The notes: generated by a model from the sequence alone, not told the origin. 64,000 bases of DNA from an uncultured Gammaproteobacteria bacterium (GCA_964553875.1 CAZKNH010000005.1:1762-65761); one strand, 5' to 3'. Counted from the stretch's first letter, positions 35,530-44,891 are shown. A program made the numbers and translations.

Positions 35530-36513
35530 ATGCTCCGAGCCCTTGCAGCGACTTCAGCTCTGTTCCTCGCCTCGCTGGCCGCGCTCGCGACCGTCCTGCT
35601 GCCGGCCACCGACCTGACGCGCTTCCGAAACTCGCTGCTCGCGGAGGTCGGCGAGCCCTCTGACTTCGAGTGGATGCCGGGCGCCTATCCCGCCGACTTC
35701 AAGCTCGAGTCGGTCCCTCCGCCCGATGAGATCCTTGCCGCCGTCGACGCGATCCGCGTGCGCTCGCAGAACGCACAGCAGCTGATGACGGGCTTCGTGG
35801 AGCACCTGCGCTCGAAACCGAAGAGGCGCGGACCGATTCAATCGACGACGCTCCACGCCTATCGGGAAATCATCGAGCAGGGACGCGGCTACTGCGCGGA
35901 CTACACGCAGGTCTTCAACGGCCTCGCGCACACGGCCGGCCTGCCGGTGCGGGAATGGGGGATGTCGTTCGACGGCTTCGGCGGCGACGGCCACGCGTTC
36001 AACGAGGTCTACGACGAATCTCTCGGTCAATGGATATTCGTCGATCCGATGAACGGCTTCTACGTGCGCGACCGCGCGAGCGGCCGGCCGCTCTCGGCCC
36101 TCGAGTTCCGCGAGCGAACGACGCGAGCCGACGGCTTCGAGACGATCACGATCGAGCGTATCGTCGAGAACTTCCTCTTCCCGTCCGACCGGGCCGCGTT
36201 CGATTACTATGCGCGCGGCGCAGACCAGCTTTACCTCTGGTTCGGGAACAACGTCTTCGCCTACGACGCTCATCCGGCGGTTCGCGCGCTGTCGTGGTCG
36301 CGCGCCCTGGAAGGGCTCGCCGCCATCGCGCTCGGCGTCCATCCGGAGATTCGCATCTATCCGACCGAATCGAACGCCGAGATGATCGAGTCGCTGCTCC
36401 GGCTGCCCTACTACGTCTTCGGACTCACGACGCTGACGGCCCTGCTCGGGCTGTTGCTGCTGGTGCAGCTATTCGTCGCCGTACGCCGACGGCGACGCCC
36501 GCTCGCCGCCTGA
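35530..36513 (+). CDS. membrane-bracketed transglutaminase-like (Cys-His-Asp) protein
   Basis: 327 aa. N-terminal TM; GRGYCADYTQVFNGLAHTAGLPVR ... GDGHAFNEVY ... WIFVDPMNG (classic TGase-core order). C-terminal TM plus LFVAVRRRRRPLAA. Confidence 0.6.
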   Translation: MLRALAATSALFLASLAALATVLLPATDLTRFRNSLLAEVGEPSDFEWMPGAYPADFKLESVPPPDEILAAVDAIRVRSQNAQQLMTGFVEHLRSKPKRRGPIQSTTLHAYREIIEQGRGYCADYTQVFNGLAHTAGLPVREWGMSFDGFGGDGHAFNEVYDESLGQWIFVDPMNGFYVRDRASGRPLSALEFRERTTRADGFETITIERIVENFLFPSDRAAFDYYARGADQLYLWFGNNVFAYDAHPAVRALSWSRALEGLAAIALGVHPEIRIYPTESNAEMIESLLRLPYYVFGLTTLTALLGLLLLVQLFVAVRRRRRPLAA

Positions 36514-37776
36514 GCTTGAGTGCGTCGGCCTGCGCGCGGCGTCCGTGACGATCTGCCTGAGCAACGCGGACAACCGTAGCGTCTGCCTGCGCCGGGAGTA
36601 CTGCTCGAGCACGGCCGTCTCGGGCAGACGGTACTCCCCGGAGCGCACGTCGAGCAGAAAGCGCTCGAGGCGCGCGGCGATATCGGCTGCATCGTCGATG
36701 CGCGCCGTGCTGCCGATTCCGATCTCGTTCAGCACGCGCTGCGTCTCGCCGCGTTCGTCGACGAGCGCGAAGATGGGTCTCCGGGCGAACAGGTACTCGT
36801 AGATCTTCGCCGGCACCGCGTGGTTGTACGCGGTCCCCTGGAAGAGCAGCAGGCCGTCGGCCTCGACCATCTCGCGGATGGCCTGCTCGTAGGGGAGGTA
36901 CGCCCCGAGCTCGACCAAGTCCGCCACTCCATGGCGTTCGGCGAGCTCGCCGTATCGCCCCTCGAACGCGCTCGCGCGGAGCACGACTCGGAGCGTCGAT
37001 GCATCGACCTTGCCGCGGTCCTTCAGCATCCTCAACGCTTCGAAGAACGACGCCGGATTGCGCCCCTCGGGCTGCAGCGCGCCGCTGTGGACGAGCGTCA
37101 GTCGAGCTCCGTCGCCGGTCCGGGTCGCGGAGGTATCGGGATAGTTCGCCTCGTCGTAGCCGTTCGGAATGAGCTCCGTTCTCCCGACGAGCTCCGGATA
37201 GCGCTCCTCGTAGTCCTTGCGCGTGTACTCCGACGTGAACACCACGGTGCGCGCGGCCGCGACGGTCTTCCGCTCCACCCAACGTGCCCAGCGAAAGCGC
37301 ATCGGATCCCGCGGATACCCTTCGAGCGTGATCGGGTCGCGCAAGTCCGCGACCCACGGCAGGCCGCTCCAGCGCGCGAGCGTAAACGCGACCAGGTTCG
37401 TCGTCGTGATCGGAAAGGTCGACCAGATGATCTTCGGCCGGTAGCGCCGGATCAGCCGCATGCCGCTGAGCACGGCCGCCGGCCACCAGCTCACCCACGG
37501 ATCCGGCCACGCCAGGCAGCCCGGATAGCGGCCCTTGATCGCGAAATGCCGCCTCGCATCGAGGCCGAAGGCCCGGTGCACCGGCACGTCGGCGGGAATC
37601 TCGCCGAGCTGGCCAGGATGGGACTTCGCATACGCGCGCGGATGAACGGTCAGAACGGCCGGACGCCAGCCGTCCTCGCGCAGGTACCGCACGACTTTCA
37701 GCGCGCGCTGCACGCCGCTGCTGGTCGCGATCGGCGGGAAGTGGAAGGCGACGATCAGGATCGAATCGTTCGTCAT
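36469..37776 (-). CDS. glycosyltransferase family 4-like (GT-B)
   Basis: ATG at 37776 preceded by GAGGA (alternative ATG at 37842). MTNDSILIVAFHFPPIATSSGVQRALKVVRYL. The last 45 nt overlap the convergent gene. Confidence 0.7.
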   Translation of the reverse strand: MTNDSILIVAFHFPPIATSSGVQRALKVVRYLREDGWRPAVLTVHPRAYAKSHPGQLGEIPADVPVHRAFGLDARRHFAIKGRYPGCLAWPDPWVSWWPAAVLSGMRLIRRYRPKIIWSTFPITTTNLVAFTLARWSGLPWVADLRDPITLEGYPRDPMRFRWARWVERKTVAAARTVVFTSEYTRKDYEERYPELVGRTELIPNGYDEANYPDTSATRTGDGARLTLVHSGALQPEGRNPASFFEALRMLKDRGKVDASTLRVVLRASAFEGRYGELAERHGVADLVELGAYLPYEQAIREMVEADGLLLFQGTAYNHAVPAKIYEYLFARRPIFALVDERGETQRVLNEIGIGSTARIDDAADIAARLERFLLDVRSGEYRLPETAVLEQYSRRRQTLRLSALLRQIVTDAARRPTHSSSGGERASPSAYGDE

Positions 37777-37822
37777 TGCGCCAAGGTCCTCGGCCGTCGC
37801 CCGAGCTTCCGATGCCGGCTCG

Positions 37823-38932
37823 TCAACCGTACGCATCGGCATCCGAGTCGCCGTGGGTCAGGAACCAGCTCTCCGGGCGCAGGAGCTCCGGGAACTGCTC
37901 GCCTTCGCCGCCCGCCGCGAGCAGGAAGTGAAAGCGCGGCTCGCGCCGCGCGAAACCGAGACGCTCGAGCACGTCCGTCAACGCCGGGCTCCATGTGTGA
38001 CACGTGACGGTCTGAGCGCCGTGCCGCTGCAAGCTCGTCACCGCGGCGTCGACCAGCATCGAGACGTAGTCCGGGCGATCGAGCGGCACCACGAGATCCA
38101 CGAGAAAGCCGCGTCGATAGGGATACACGTCGGTCGGCTCGCGGAGCATCGTCACGACGACGCCGACCAGCTCCCCGCGGTCTCGCATCTCGATCCGCAT
38201 GAACGCCGCGAACGGCCGGTCGACGTACTTCCAGTTCAGGTACGACGCATCGCGAACGACGGCGCACGCGCACGTGGCCGCCATCCGCTTCCACAACGCA
38301 TCGTGCTCGGCCGTGAATCGATCGACGCTCGCGAACGTCACGTCCTGCGACGGCACGTGCCGTCCGCGCCTGCGGCGCAGCCCGTGCAGGAGCGCGAGGC
38401 CCGCGGCCGCCGCCTCCGCGGCACCGGCGGGCAACTTGTGTCGCAGATTCATCCGGTAGCCGCTGACGAACACGTGATGCGCAAGCGAGCAGACCTGGCG
38501 CCAGCCGAGCGCGAACTGCAGCTCGCGCATCTGCGCGGTCTGACCGAGCGACAGGTTGAGCGGCAGATCCTCGAGCGCCTTCTTGATCAGCATCGGGCCG
38601 ATCGGCGAGCCGCGCACTGCCTGGCCCGCCATCGTCTCGACGAACCAGCCGGTCACGAGCTCCTTGCCGCTCACGTGCAACCGCACCGGGAGCGCGCCCT
38701 GGTGCGCGACGACCTCGCCCTTTCTCAGATACAGCCAGACGAGCGGCGCGATTCCGAGCCGCTCGGCCGACGCGACGAACATCCAGCGCCACCTGCCTGG
38801 AATGGTCTGCGGCAATCGGTCCGGGTATTCCTTGCGCTGGAACTCGAACACCGCCTCCTCGAGCTCCGCTCGGTAGCCGAAGATTCCGCGGGCTTCGCCG
38901 AGCGGCGCTCGGCTGGACGGCTGCTCGTTCAC
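37823..38932 (-). CDS. GNAT-like acyltransferase (two-lobed)
   Basis: GTG at 38932, 26 nt after the upstream stop. C-terminal lobe GELVGVVVTMLRE...GFLVDLVVP...LVDAAVTSLQRHGAQTV...LERLGF has GNAT character. The call is by pattern only. Confidence 0.45.
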   Translation of the reverse strand: MNEQPSSRAPLGEARGIFGYRAELEEAVFEFQRKEYPDRLPQTIPGRWRWMFVASAERLGIAPLVWLYLRKGEVVAHQGALPVRLHVSGKELVTGWFVETMAGQAVRGSPIGPMLIKKALEDLPLNLSLGQTAQMRELQFALGWRQVCSLAHHVFVSGYRMNLRHKLPAGAAEAAAAGLALLHGLRRRRGRHVPSQDVTFASVDRFTAEHDALWKRMAATCACAVVRDASYLNWKYVDRPFAAFMRIEMRDRGELVGVVVTMLREPTDVYPYRRGFLVDLVVPLDRPDYVSMLVDAAVTSLQRHGAQTVTCHTWSPALTDVLERLGFARREPRFHFLLAAGGEGEQFPELLRPESWFLTHGDSDADAYG

Positions 38933-38958
38933 GGGTGCGCCTCGAGCATCGGTCGCAG

Positions 38959-39705
38959 TCAAAAGCGTAGACCGCCGTCGAGCTCGAGCACTCGGCCGGC
39001 AAAGTAGTCGTTCTCGCAGATGAACCGCACGCCGGCCACGAGCTCTTCGGGAGTCGCGAACCGGCCGACGGTGGAGCCGCTCCGGATCCGCTCGCGAAAG
39101 AGCGGCGGGATCTTGCTCGTCATGCCGGTCTCGGCGAATCCGTAGGCGATCGCGGCCACCCTGATGCCGTACACCGCGAGCTCCTGCGACCACGTCACCG
39201 TCAGCGCATCGATCGCTGCTTTGGACGCGGCATACGCGCTCTGGCCGGCGTTCCCGGCGCGGACCACCGACGAGGTGTTGATGATGACGCCTTTGTGCCG
39301 GGTCTCGAGCCAGCGCGCGGCCACCTCGCGCGCAACCAGGAACGTTCCGGTCAGGTTGCTCGCGAGCGTCGCCGACCAGTCCTCGATCGAATGCTTCTTC
39401 ACGCGCTTGCCGAGCCGCGAAACCAGGGTCTGATCGCGCAGCACGGCCGCGTTGTTCAGCACGATATCGATCGTCCCCGCATCCGCGAACACCTCGGCGA
39501 CGGCCGCCTCGACTTGCGCGGGATCGCTCACGTCGCAGCGGAGGAAGCGCGCGCCGGGCACGGCGGCTCGAGCCGTCTCGAGCGCCTGCTCGTCATTGTC
39601 GAGGCCCCAGACACGGGTGCCGCAGGCGGAGAACTGCGTCACGCAGGCGAGCCCGACTCCGGACGCCGCCCCGGTCACGAGCATGCCTGCCTGCGCGAGC
39701 TTCAT
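38959..39705 (-). CDS. SDR oxidoreductase, 3-oxoacyl-ACP reductase (FabG)-like
   Basis: 248 aa. TGAASGVGLA, NNAA, SSV...YAASKAA catalytic pattern. Confidence 0.85.
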   Translation of the reverse strand: MKLAQAGMLVTGAASGVGLACVTQFSACGTRVWGLDNDEQALETARAAVPGARFLRCDVSDPAQVEAAVAEVFADAGTIDIVLNNAAVLRDQTLVSRLGKRVKKHSIEDWSATLASNLTGTFLVAREVAARWLETRHKGVIINTSSVVRAGNAGQSAYAASKAAIDALTVTWSQELAVYGIRVAAIAYGFAETGMTSKIPPLFRERIRSGSTVGRFATPEELVAGVRFICENDYFAGRVLELDGGLRF

Positions 39706-39947
39706 TGAGCGGCAGCCCCGGCCTTCTCGAGCAGCGCGACGATATCCGCGATCGACTCGACCTCGATCGCGTCCTCGACCGGTATGTGCGTGCCGAAATG
39801 CTGCTGGATCGCCGACATCAGCGCCACGTGGCCCAGCGAGTCCCAGCCGTTGATGTCGCCCGGGCCCGTGTCATCCGTGAGCTGGCTCTCGCTGCATTGG
39901 AACAGGTTCGCCATGAGTGACTTCAGTTGCTTTCCGATATCTGACAT
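39702..39947 (-). CDS. acyl carrier protein
   Basis: 81 aa at the 3' end of track ORF 39702..40721. MSDIGKQLKSLMANLF...INGWDSLGHVALMSAIQQHFG carries a DSL-type phosphopantetheine Ser motif. ATGA overlap with the SDR start. Confidence 0.8.
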   Translation of the reverse strand: MSDIGKQLKSLMANLFQCSESQLTDDTGPGDINGWDSLGHVALMSAIQQHFGTHIPVEDAIEVESIADIVALLEKAGAAAQ

Positions 39948-39973
39948 CTGTTGGATCCATCGGTGAACGGGAA

Positions 39974-41242
39974 CTAGTCGCCTGGATCGGTGCGAACCAC
40001 CGACCGCGTGAGCCTCGACACGAGGCCCACGCCGTCCCAGGGATTCTCGAAGTGGTTGCCCTCGCCCGGCGCCGGGAAGCGGCACACGCCGAGATGCGCC
40101 GCGTGCTCGGTGAACTGCTCCGCGTCCGCAGGCCCGAGCCGCGTGACCACCGTTTGCACGTTGCGCGGGATATGCGGATAGACGTCCTCGACGCGCTCGA
40201 ACGGGATGACCTGAACGAAGCGATTCGCGCAGTCGAGCGTCGTGCTCGGGGCGTCGGCGGCGACCACGGTCCAGTCGGTGCGCGCGTCGTGGAACACGTC
40301 GCAACCGTCGAGCAACGCCCGCGCCCGGTCGAGCACGATTCGGTAGGTCTCGCCGAAGTCGAGCGCGTGGCGCGGGTAGGTCTTGCTCTGCTGGGCGAAG
40401 GCGGCGTTGAAAGCTTCGAGGAAAGCGGTGAAGCCGGCCGATCCGCGTGCGCCTTTCACGAAAATGTGCTGCGGCGAGCTGCAGGCGAGCTGATCGAACA
40501 CGGCGACGTCGGTCGCGAGCCGCCGGATGCCGCCCGCGTCGATGAATGCCGGATCGACGACGGCGAGGCTGAAGCGCGGACCGAAGATGACGTCCTCGCA
40601 GTGCCAGCCGGCCGGCAGGTCGCGGATCGCGTCGACGGCCTCCCGGCCGCCCCACGCGATGCGGACATCGGCCGCCCGGCTCATCGCCTCGTGGGCCTCG
40701 CGGTTGTGCCGATCGAACCACACCACCTGCGTCTCGTCGGCCATCCTCGCTCCGGCCTCGGAAACTCCATGCAGCGCATCGAGCAGCGGCGACAGCACGT
40801 CACCCTGCCGGGCGCTCAGTCTGATGAAATTGCGGTTGCCGAGCACGGCGGACATCGCCCACGAGAACACTGCAAGCAGCGGAACATTGCCCGCGACCCA
40901 GTGGCAGACGAGCCCCTTCGGCACCGTGCGAAGGCTCTTGCGCGCGTTGATCCGGACGAACCCCGACAACGAGTCGACGTCTTTCAGCTCGCGCGCGATC
41001 TGCCCGAGCAGGAAGTCGCTGTCGAGGAACGAGGCCAGGAAGGCGAGCCCCTCGCGGGGCAGCTTGTCCCGCAGCCCGGATCCCGGCGCGAGGATCATTC
41101 TCGACAGCTCGCCGAGCGCGCTCAATCGGCCGCGAAAATCGACGGGCCCTGCTCCGCCGTGCGCCGAAAGCTTCGCGAGCGAGTCCTCGATGCTTCGGGC
41201 CGCCGACGGCGCCGGATACGCGAACTCAACGGCGGACGACAT
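39974..41242 (-). CDS. LuxC-family acyl-CoA/acyl-protein reductase
   Basis: 422 aa. VCHWVAGNVPLLAVFSW, IAWGGREAV and FDQLACSSPQHIFV are arranged as in LuxC-type reductases. Confidence 0.75.
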   Translation of the reverse strand: MSSAVEFAYPAPSAARSIEDSLAKLSAHGGAGPVDFRGRLSALGELSRMILAPGSGLRDKLPREGLAFLASFLDSDFLLGQIARELKDVDSLSGFVRINARKSLRTVPKGLVCHWVAGNVPLLAVFSWAMSAVLGNRNFIRLSARQGDVLSPLLDALHGVSEAGARMADETQVVWFDRHNREAHEAMSRAADVRIAWGGREAVDAIRDLPAGWHCEDVIFGPRFSLAVVDPAFIDAGGIRRLATDVAVFDQLACSSPQHIFVKGARGSAGFTAFLEAFNAAFAQQSKTYPRHALDFGETYRIVLDRARALLDGCDVFHDARTDWTVVAADAPSTTLDCANRFVQVIPFERVEDVYPHIPRNVQTVVTRLGPADAEQFTEHAAHLGVCRFPAPGEGNHFENPWDGVGLVSRLTRSVVRTDPGD

Positions 41243-42326
41243 CGCTGCAACCCCTGAGCTCCGATTTCGGCGCGCGGCCCTGAAAGACGAACGCCGTCCC
41301 TCTGCGGCCGCATGGGCAGCCGTCCACCCGCTCGATCCGGCCGATGTCCTCCGTCAGCACGCTGTGATTTGGGCTCGCGAGCGGCAATGTGCTGATCAGC
41401 TGAATCAGGCCCGGCTCCCCGGGCTCGGCCGTATCGAGCGTGTCGGCGCGCCGGATCAGCACTTCCGCCCAGTACGGCACGTGCTTCACGCCCTCCGGGC
41501 AATCGGGATAGGCAAGCCCCACCTGCTCCACCATCCCGTAGAAGTCGATCACCCTGTCCGGCGGCAGCCCCCACACGCCGGCGACGGTGCGGTTGAACGT
41601 GCTCTTGTCGACGGCGAGGTCTTGAAGCCTTTTCCATCCGCCGCTGTGCAGGAGCACGGAGCCCGGATGTGCGGGCGCCGGCGCGAAGTCGGCGAGCGCA
41701 ACGTGCGCCTGGTAGAGGATATAGGTGAAGCCGTACGCGATGAACGGCCGTCCCGCGATCTTGTCGAGCGCGGCCGCGAGCGCGTTCCGATCGAGCTCGA
41801 GCCTGTCCGCGGTCTGGCGCATCACGAAGTGGAACTCGGTCGCAAGATGTGCAACCGCGAGAATCGCGGCGCCGCGGGCGCTGAAGCCGTTGCTGCCCCG
41901 GACGGTCGCCTCGGTGTCGAACACGAGATAGGGCCGCCGCTCCTCGCCGATGAAGTCGCTCAGAATCGCGTTCGCGCTGCGCGCCTGCCGACGGCGGCTC
42001 TCCTTGTCGACGAAAATCTTCGATGCGTTGGCCGAGGTCGTCGCGGAGGATTGCACGACGGACACGTCGTCGTTGCGCGACCGAAGCTCGTACTCCTTGA
42101 ACAGCGACACCGGCAGAAACGGATAGCGCTCGATGAACGGGGTGCCGGCCGGCGCGGTCCTTTCCGCGTCTTCGACGAGCGCTGCATAACCCTCGCAGCG
42201 CTGCCGGTGATACTCGCGCAAGGCCGTGAGCCGCTCCTCGAGGAAGCGAGCTTTGTCCTCCGCGCTCATGGCGTACGGCCGCACGCCCGGCACGAAGGGA
42301 TCGAGATTCATCGCCGTCGCCTGCAT
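41226..42326 (-). CDS. LuxE-family acyl-protein synthetase
   Basis: 366 aa. FLPVSLFKEYELRS, VQSSATTS, LLHSGGWKRL and FYGMVEQ are typical of LuxE-like adenylating enzymes. 17-nt overlap with the luxC-like start. Confidence 0.75.
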   Translation of the reverse strand: MQATAMNLDPFVPGVRPYAMSAEDKARFLEERLTALREYHRQRCEGYAALVEDAERTAPAGTPFIERYPFLPVSLFKEYELRSRNDDVSVVQSSATTSANASKIFVDKESRRRQARSANAILSDFIGEERRPYLVFDTEATVRGSNGFSARGAAILAVAHLATEFHFVMRQTADRLELDRNALAAALDKIAGRPFIAYGFTYILYQAHVALADFAPAPAHPGSVLLHSGGWKRLQDLAVDKSTFNRTVAGVWGLPPDRVIDFYGMVEQVGLAYPDCPEGVKHVPYWAEVLIRRADTLDTAEPGEPGLIQLISTLPLASPNHSVLTEDIGRIERVDGCPCGRRGTAFVFQGRAPKSELRGCSDVVRR

Positions 42327-42330
42327 CTCT

Positions 42331-43755
42331 TCACACTATCTCTCGAATCACGCGCTCCGGATCGTTCGGCGACAGCAGCGCGCGCTGCAGCTTGCCGTTT
42401 GCCGTGAGCGGAAAGCTCCGCACCTCGAAGTAGCGGACCGGCACTTTCACCGGTGCGAGCCGCGCGCGCAGGAACTCCGTCAGCGTCTGACGATCGACCG
42501 GACGTCGAAGCTCGACGTACGCGGCCGGTATCTGCCCCCGCTGCGGGTCGTCGAGACCGCCGACCGCGCTCGCGATCACGTCCTCGTGCTCGGCCAGCGC
42601 GCGCTCGACCTCGAGCGGCGACACCTTCTCCCCTCCGACCTTCAGCATCTCGTCGCGGCGGCCGAGGAGATAGATATAGCCGCCGCTGATGCGCGCGATG
42701 TCTCCGGACAAGACCGAGCCGTCGGGGAGGAACGCACGACGCGTGCTCTCCGGATCGTTCAGGTAGCCCTTGACGATACTCGGCCCCCGGATCGCGAGAA
42801 TGCCTTCCTCGCCCTCGCCCTTCACGGAGAAATCCCGCTCGTCGACGACGAACACCTCGAGCCCTTCGATCGGCGTGCCGCAGGTCGGCTCGGCGAAGCG
42901 CGGGTCGTCGTCGCGAATGTAGGAAATGCGCGGTGTGGCCTCCGTCATTCCATAGTTGTCGAAGAATCGGGCGTTCGGAAAGATCTCTTTCACCGTAGGC
43001 AGAAGCTGCCTGTCCATCGCAGCGCCGGCCGAGCATAGCACCCGCACCGACGGCATCGACAGCGGCGTGAGCCGATGCAACGTGCACAGGGAATGATAGG
43101 TCGACGGGACGCCGCAGAACGTCAGCAGGCCCTCCGCTTCCACGGCTCTCGCGAGCTTGATCGGGTTGCGGAAATTGTCGAACAGCCGCACCGTGCCGCC
43201 GACGTAGAACATGTAGAGCACCTGCGTGAGCAGCGCGTAGCTGTAATGCAACGGCAAGACGACCGCGGCGCTCGGATTCGCGGCGTAGTCGAGGTAACCC
43301 GTGATCGCCCTCGCCGAATGCGTCAGATTCTCCGCGGACATCGGCACGCCTTTCGGGGTGCCGCTCGTGCCTGATGTGAAGATGACGAGCTCGGGCAGCG
43401 CCGGGTCGCGCTCCGGCAACCGGCCTTCCCCCTCCTCCGTTTGCGCGTCGAGATCCAGTCGGACGCTGTCGCCGCAGCGCCGCGCGATCTCCTGCACGAC
43501 GCGTTCGGGCGCCTGCGCATCGATCGGGACGGGCACGTTGCCGCTGATCGACGCGGCGAGCAACGTGCGCACGAAGCGAACGCTTCTCTCGGCCGGAATT
43601 AGCAGGAAGCGGCCGGCGCCGTGCACACGCCGCAGCGCACGCGCCTGGGCGAGCGAGCGTGCGAGAAGCTCGCCGTACGTGAGCCGCTCGCCGTCGTCGG
43701 CGATGGCCGGTGCCGAGGGCCTCGCACGCTCGACCCAGGAGGCGAAAAGGCTCAT
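42331..43755 (-). CDS. AMP-dependent synthetase/ligase (adenylate-forming)
   Basis: Real start MSLFASWVERA at 43755; the track ORF to 44838 is an artefact. Has FTSGTSGTPKG, NYGMTE, GDIA and GKLQR motifs. Confidence 0.85.
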   Translation of the reverse strand: MSLFASWVERARPSAPAIADDGERLTYGELLARSLAQARALRRVHGAGRFLLIPAERSVRFVRTLLAASISGNVPVPIDAQAPERVVQEIARRCGDSVRLDLDAQTEEGEGRLPERDPALPELVIFTSGTSGTPKGVPMSAENLTHSARAITGYLDYAANPSAAVVLPLHYSYALLTQVLYMFYVGGTVRLFDNFRNPIKLARAVEAEGLLTFCGVPSTYHSLCTLHRLTPLSMPSVRVLCSAGAAMDRQLLPTVKEIFPNARFFDNYGMTEATPRISYIRDDDPRFAEPTCGTPIEGLEVFVVDERDFSVKGEGEEGILAIRGPSIVKGYLNDPESTRRAFLPDGSVLSGDIARISGGYIYLLGRRDEMLKVGGEKVSPLEVERALAEHEDVIASAVGGLDDPQRGQIPAAYVELRRPVDRQTLTEFLRARLAPVKVPVRYFEVRSFPLTANGKLQRALLSPNDPERVIREIV

Positions 43756-44891
43756 CCCTGCGCTACCCTGGCGGCCACGGTATCCACGAAGGCGAGCAGG
43801 TCCTCCTCCGACGCGCGCCGCGGGTTCGATCGGATGGCGACGTCGGCCGCCATTCGAGTCGCGATCTCCCGGCGGTAGCCCGCGTCCGAGGCGAGGCGAG
43901 CTGCCACGGGGTGAGTCGCGACCGATTCGAGTGCCTGGTCGACGATCGGCCGAATGCGCTCGACCAGAGCGTCCACGCCGTCGAGCTGCAACCGCTCGAG
44001 CAACGTCTGCATCTGCGGAGTGGTTGCGTTGAACTCGAGCCCGGTGACGAGCGCACAGCCGTTCGCGAGACCGTGCCCCATTCCGTCCACGCCCACCGCA
44101 TGCGCGAAGGCGTGAACGATCCCGACGGAGCAGTTCGCCGCGGCGACGCCGCCGAGAAACCCGGCCTCCATCAGTCGATCGTTCCGGCTTGCGCTGGGCG
44201 GCAGCGGGTACGCGTCGATCACGGCGCTCAGCGCGGCCGCGGCGGTCTCCTTCGCGAGGCGCAGCGGCACGATCGACAGATACGCCTCGAGCGAATGGCT
44301 GAGCGCGTCGCACAGAAACTGCGCGAGCGCCCGCGGAGCGACGCTCTCGAGGAATCGACCGTCGAGCACCACCCTGTCGGCGAGGAAGGCGCGGGTCACG
44401 ACCGCTCGCTTCGATCCCGCCGCGGACTGGTAAACAGCGACGTCGGCGGCCTCTGCGCCCGTTCCGCACGTCGTCGGCACGAGGCAGAGGTGCGGCCGGG
44501 ATTGCGCCGCGAGCGCCTGATCGACGACGCCGGTCGAGAGGTCGAGCACGCCTGCAGCGTGCGCCCATGCAAGGCGAGCCCAGTCGAGCACCGAGCCGCC
44601 GCCGACCGCGACGATGCGCCCCGCCGGCCTGCCGCGCAGCAACTCCGCGCCAAGACGGATCGCGGCCTCGGTCGGCTCGCCGTCCGGTTTCGCGACGTGA
44701 TTCGCCGGCGTCAGCGAAACGTCGCGGCGCGAGAGCGCTTCGCCGAGCAGGTCGAGAACGGGCCGGCTGCCGCTCGTCAAGAAAACGGTCGATTCGTCGA
44801 CATGATCCGCGAGCGAGCGGAGCGATCCGCTGCCGCATACGACGGCGGGCGCGTGACGGAACTCGGGGTAGCTGAGCTTCAGTTTCGCCAT
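43752..44891 (-). CDS. iron-containing (group III) alcohol dehydrogenase family protein
   Basis: Start MAKLKLSYPEF at 44891. Has AVGGGSVLDWAR, VPTTCGTGAE and HAFAHAVG. ATGA overlap with the ligase start. Confidence 0.75.
   Translation of the reverse strand: MAKLKLSYPEFRHAPAVVCGSGSLRSLADHVDESTVFLTSGSRPVLDLLGEALSRRDVSLTPANHVAKPDGEPTEAAIRLGAELLRGRPAGRIVAVGGGSVLDWARLAWAHAAGVLDLSTGVVDQALAAQSRPHLCLVPTTCGTGAEAADVAVYQSAAGSKRAVVTRAFLADRVVLDGRFLESVAPRALAQFLCDALSHSLEAYLSIVPLRLAKETAAAALSAVIDAYPLPPSASRNDRLMEAGFLGGVAAANCSVGIVHAFAHAVGVDGMGHGLANGCALVTGLEFNATTPQMQTLLERLQLDGVDALVERIRPIVDQALESVATHPVAARLASDAGYRREIATRMAADVAIRSNPRRASEEDLLAFVDTVAARVAQG

Noticed and set aside
42331-44838. 835-aa ORF, and likewise 23262..26156, 39702..40721, 19061..20479, 4710..5825, 22172..23629, 11314..12669, 15572..17119 and 37823..39193 as annotated lengths
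   Set aside because: These are N-terminal over-extensions running through the upstream gene in another frame. I chose internal starts where the recognisable domain begins and where start/stop coupling (ATGA/GTGA) or an SD-like element is present.
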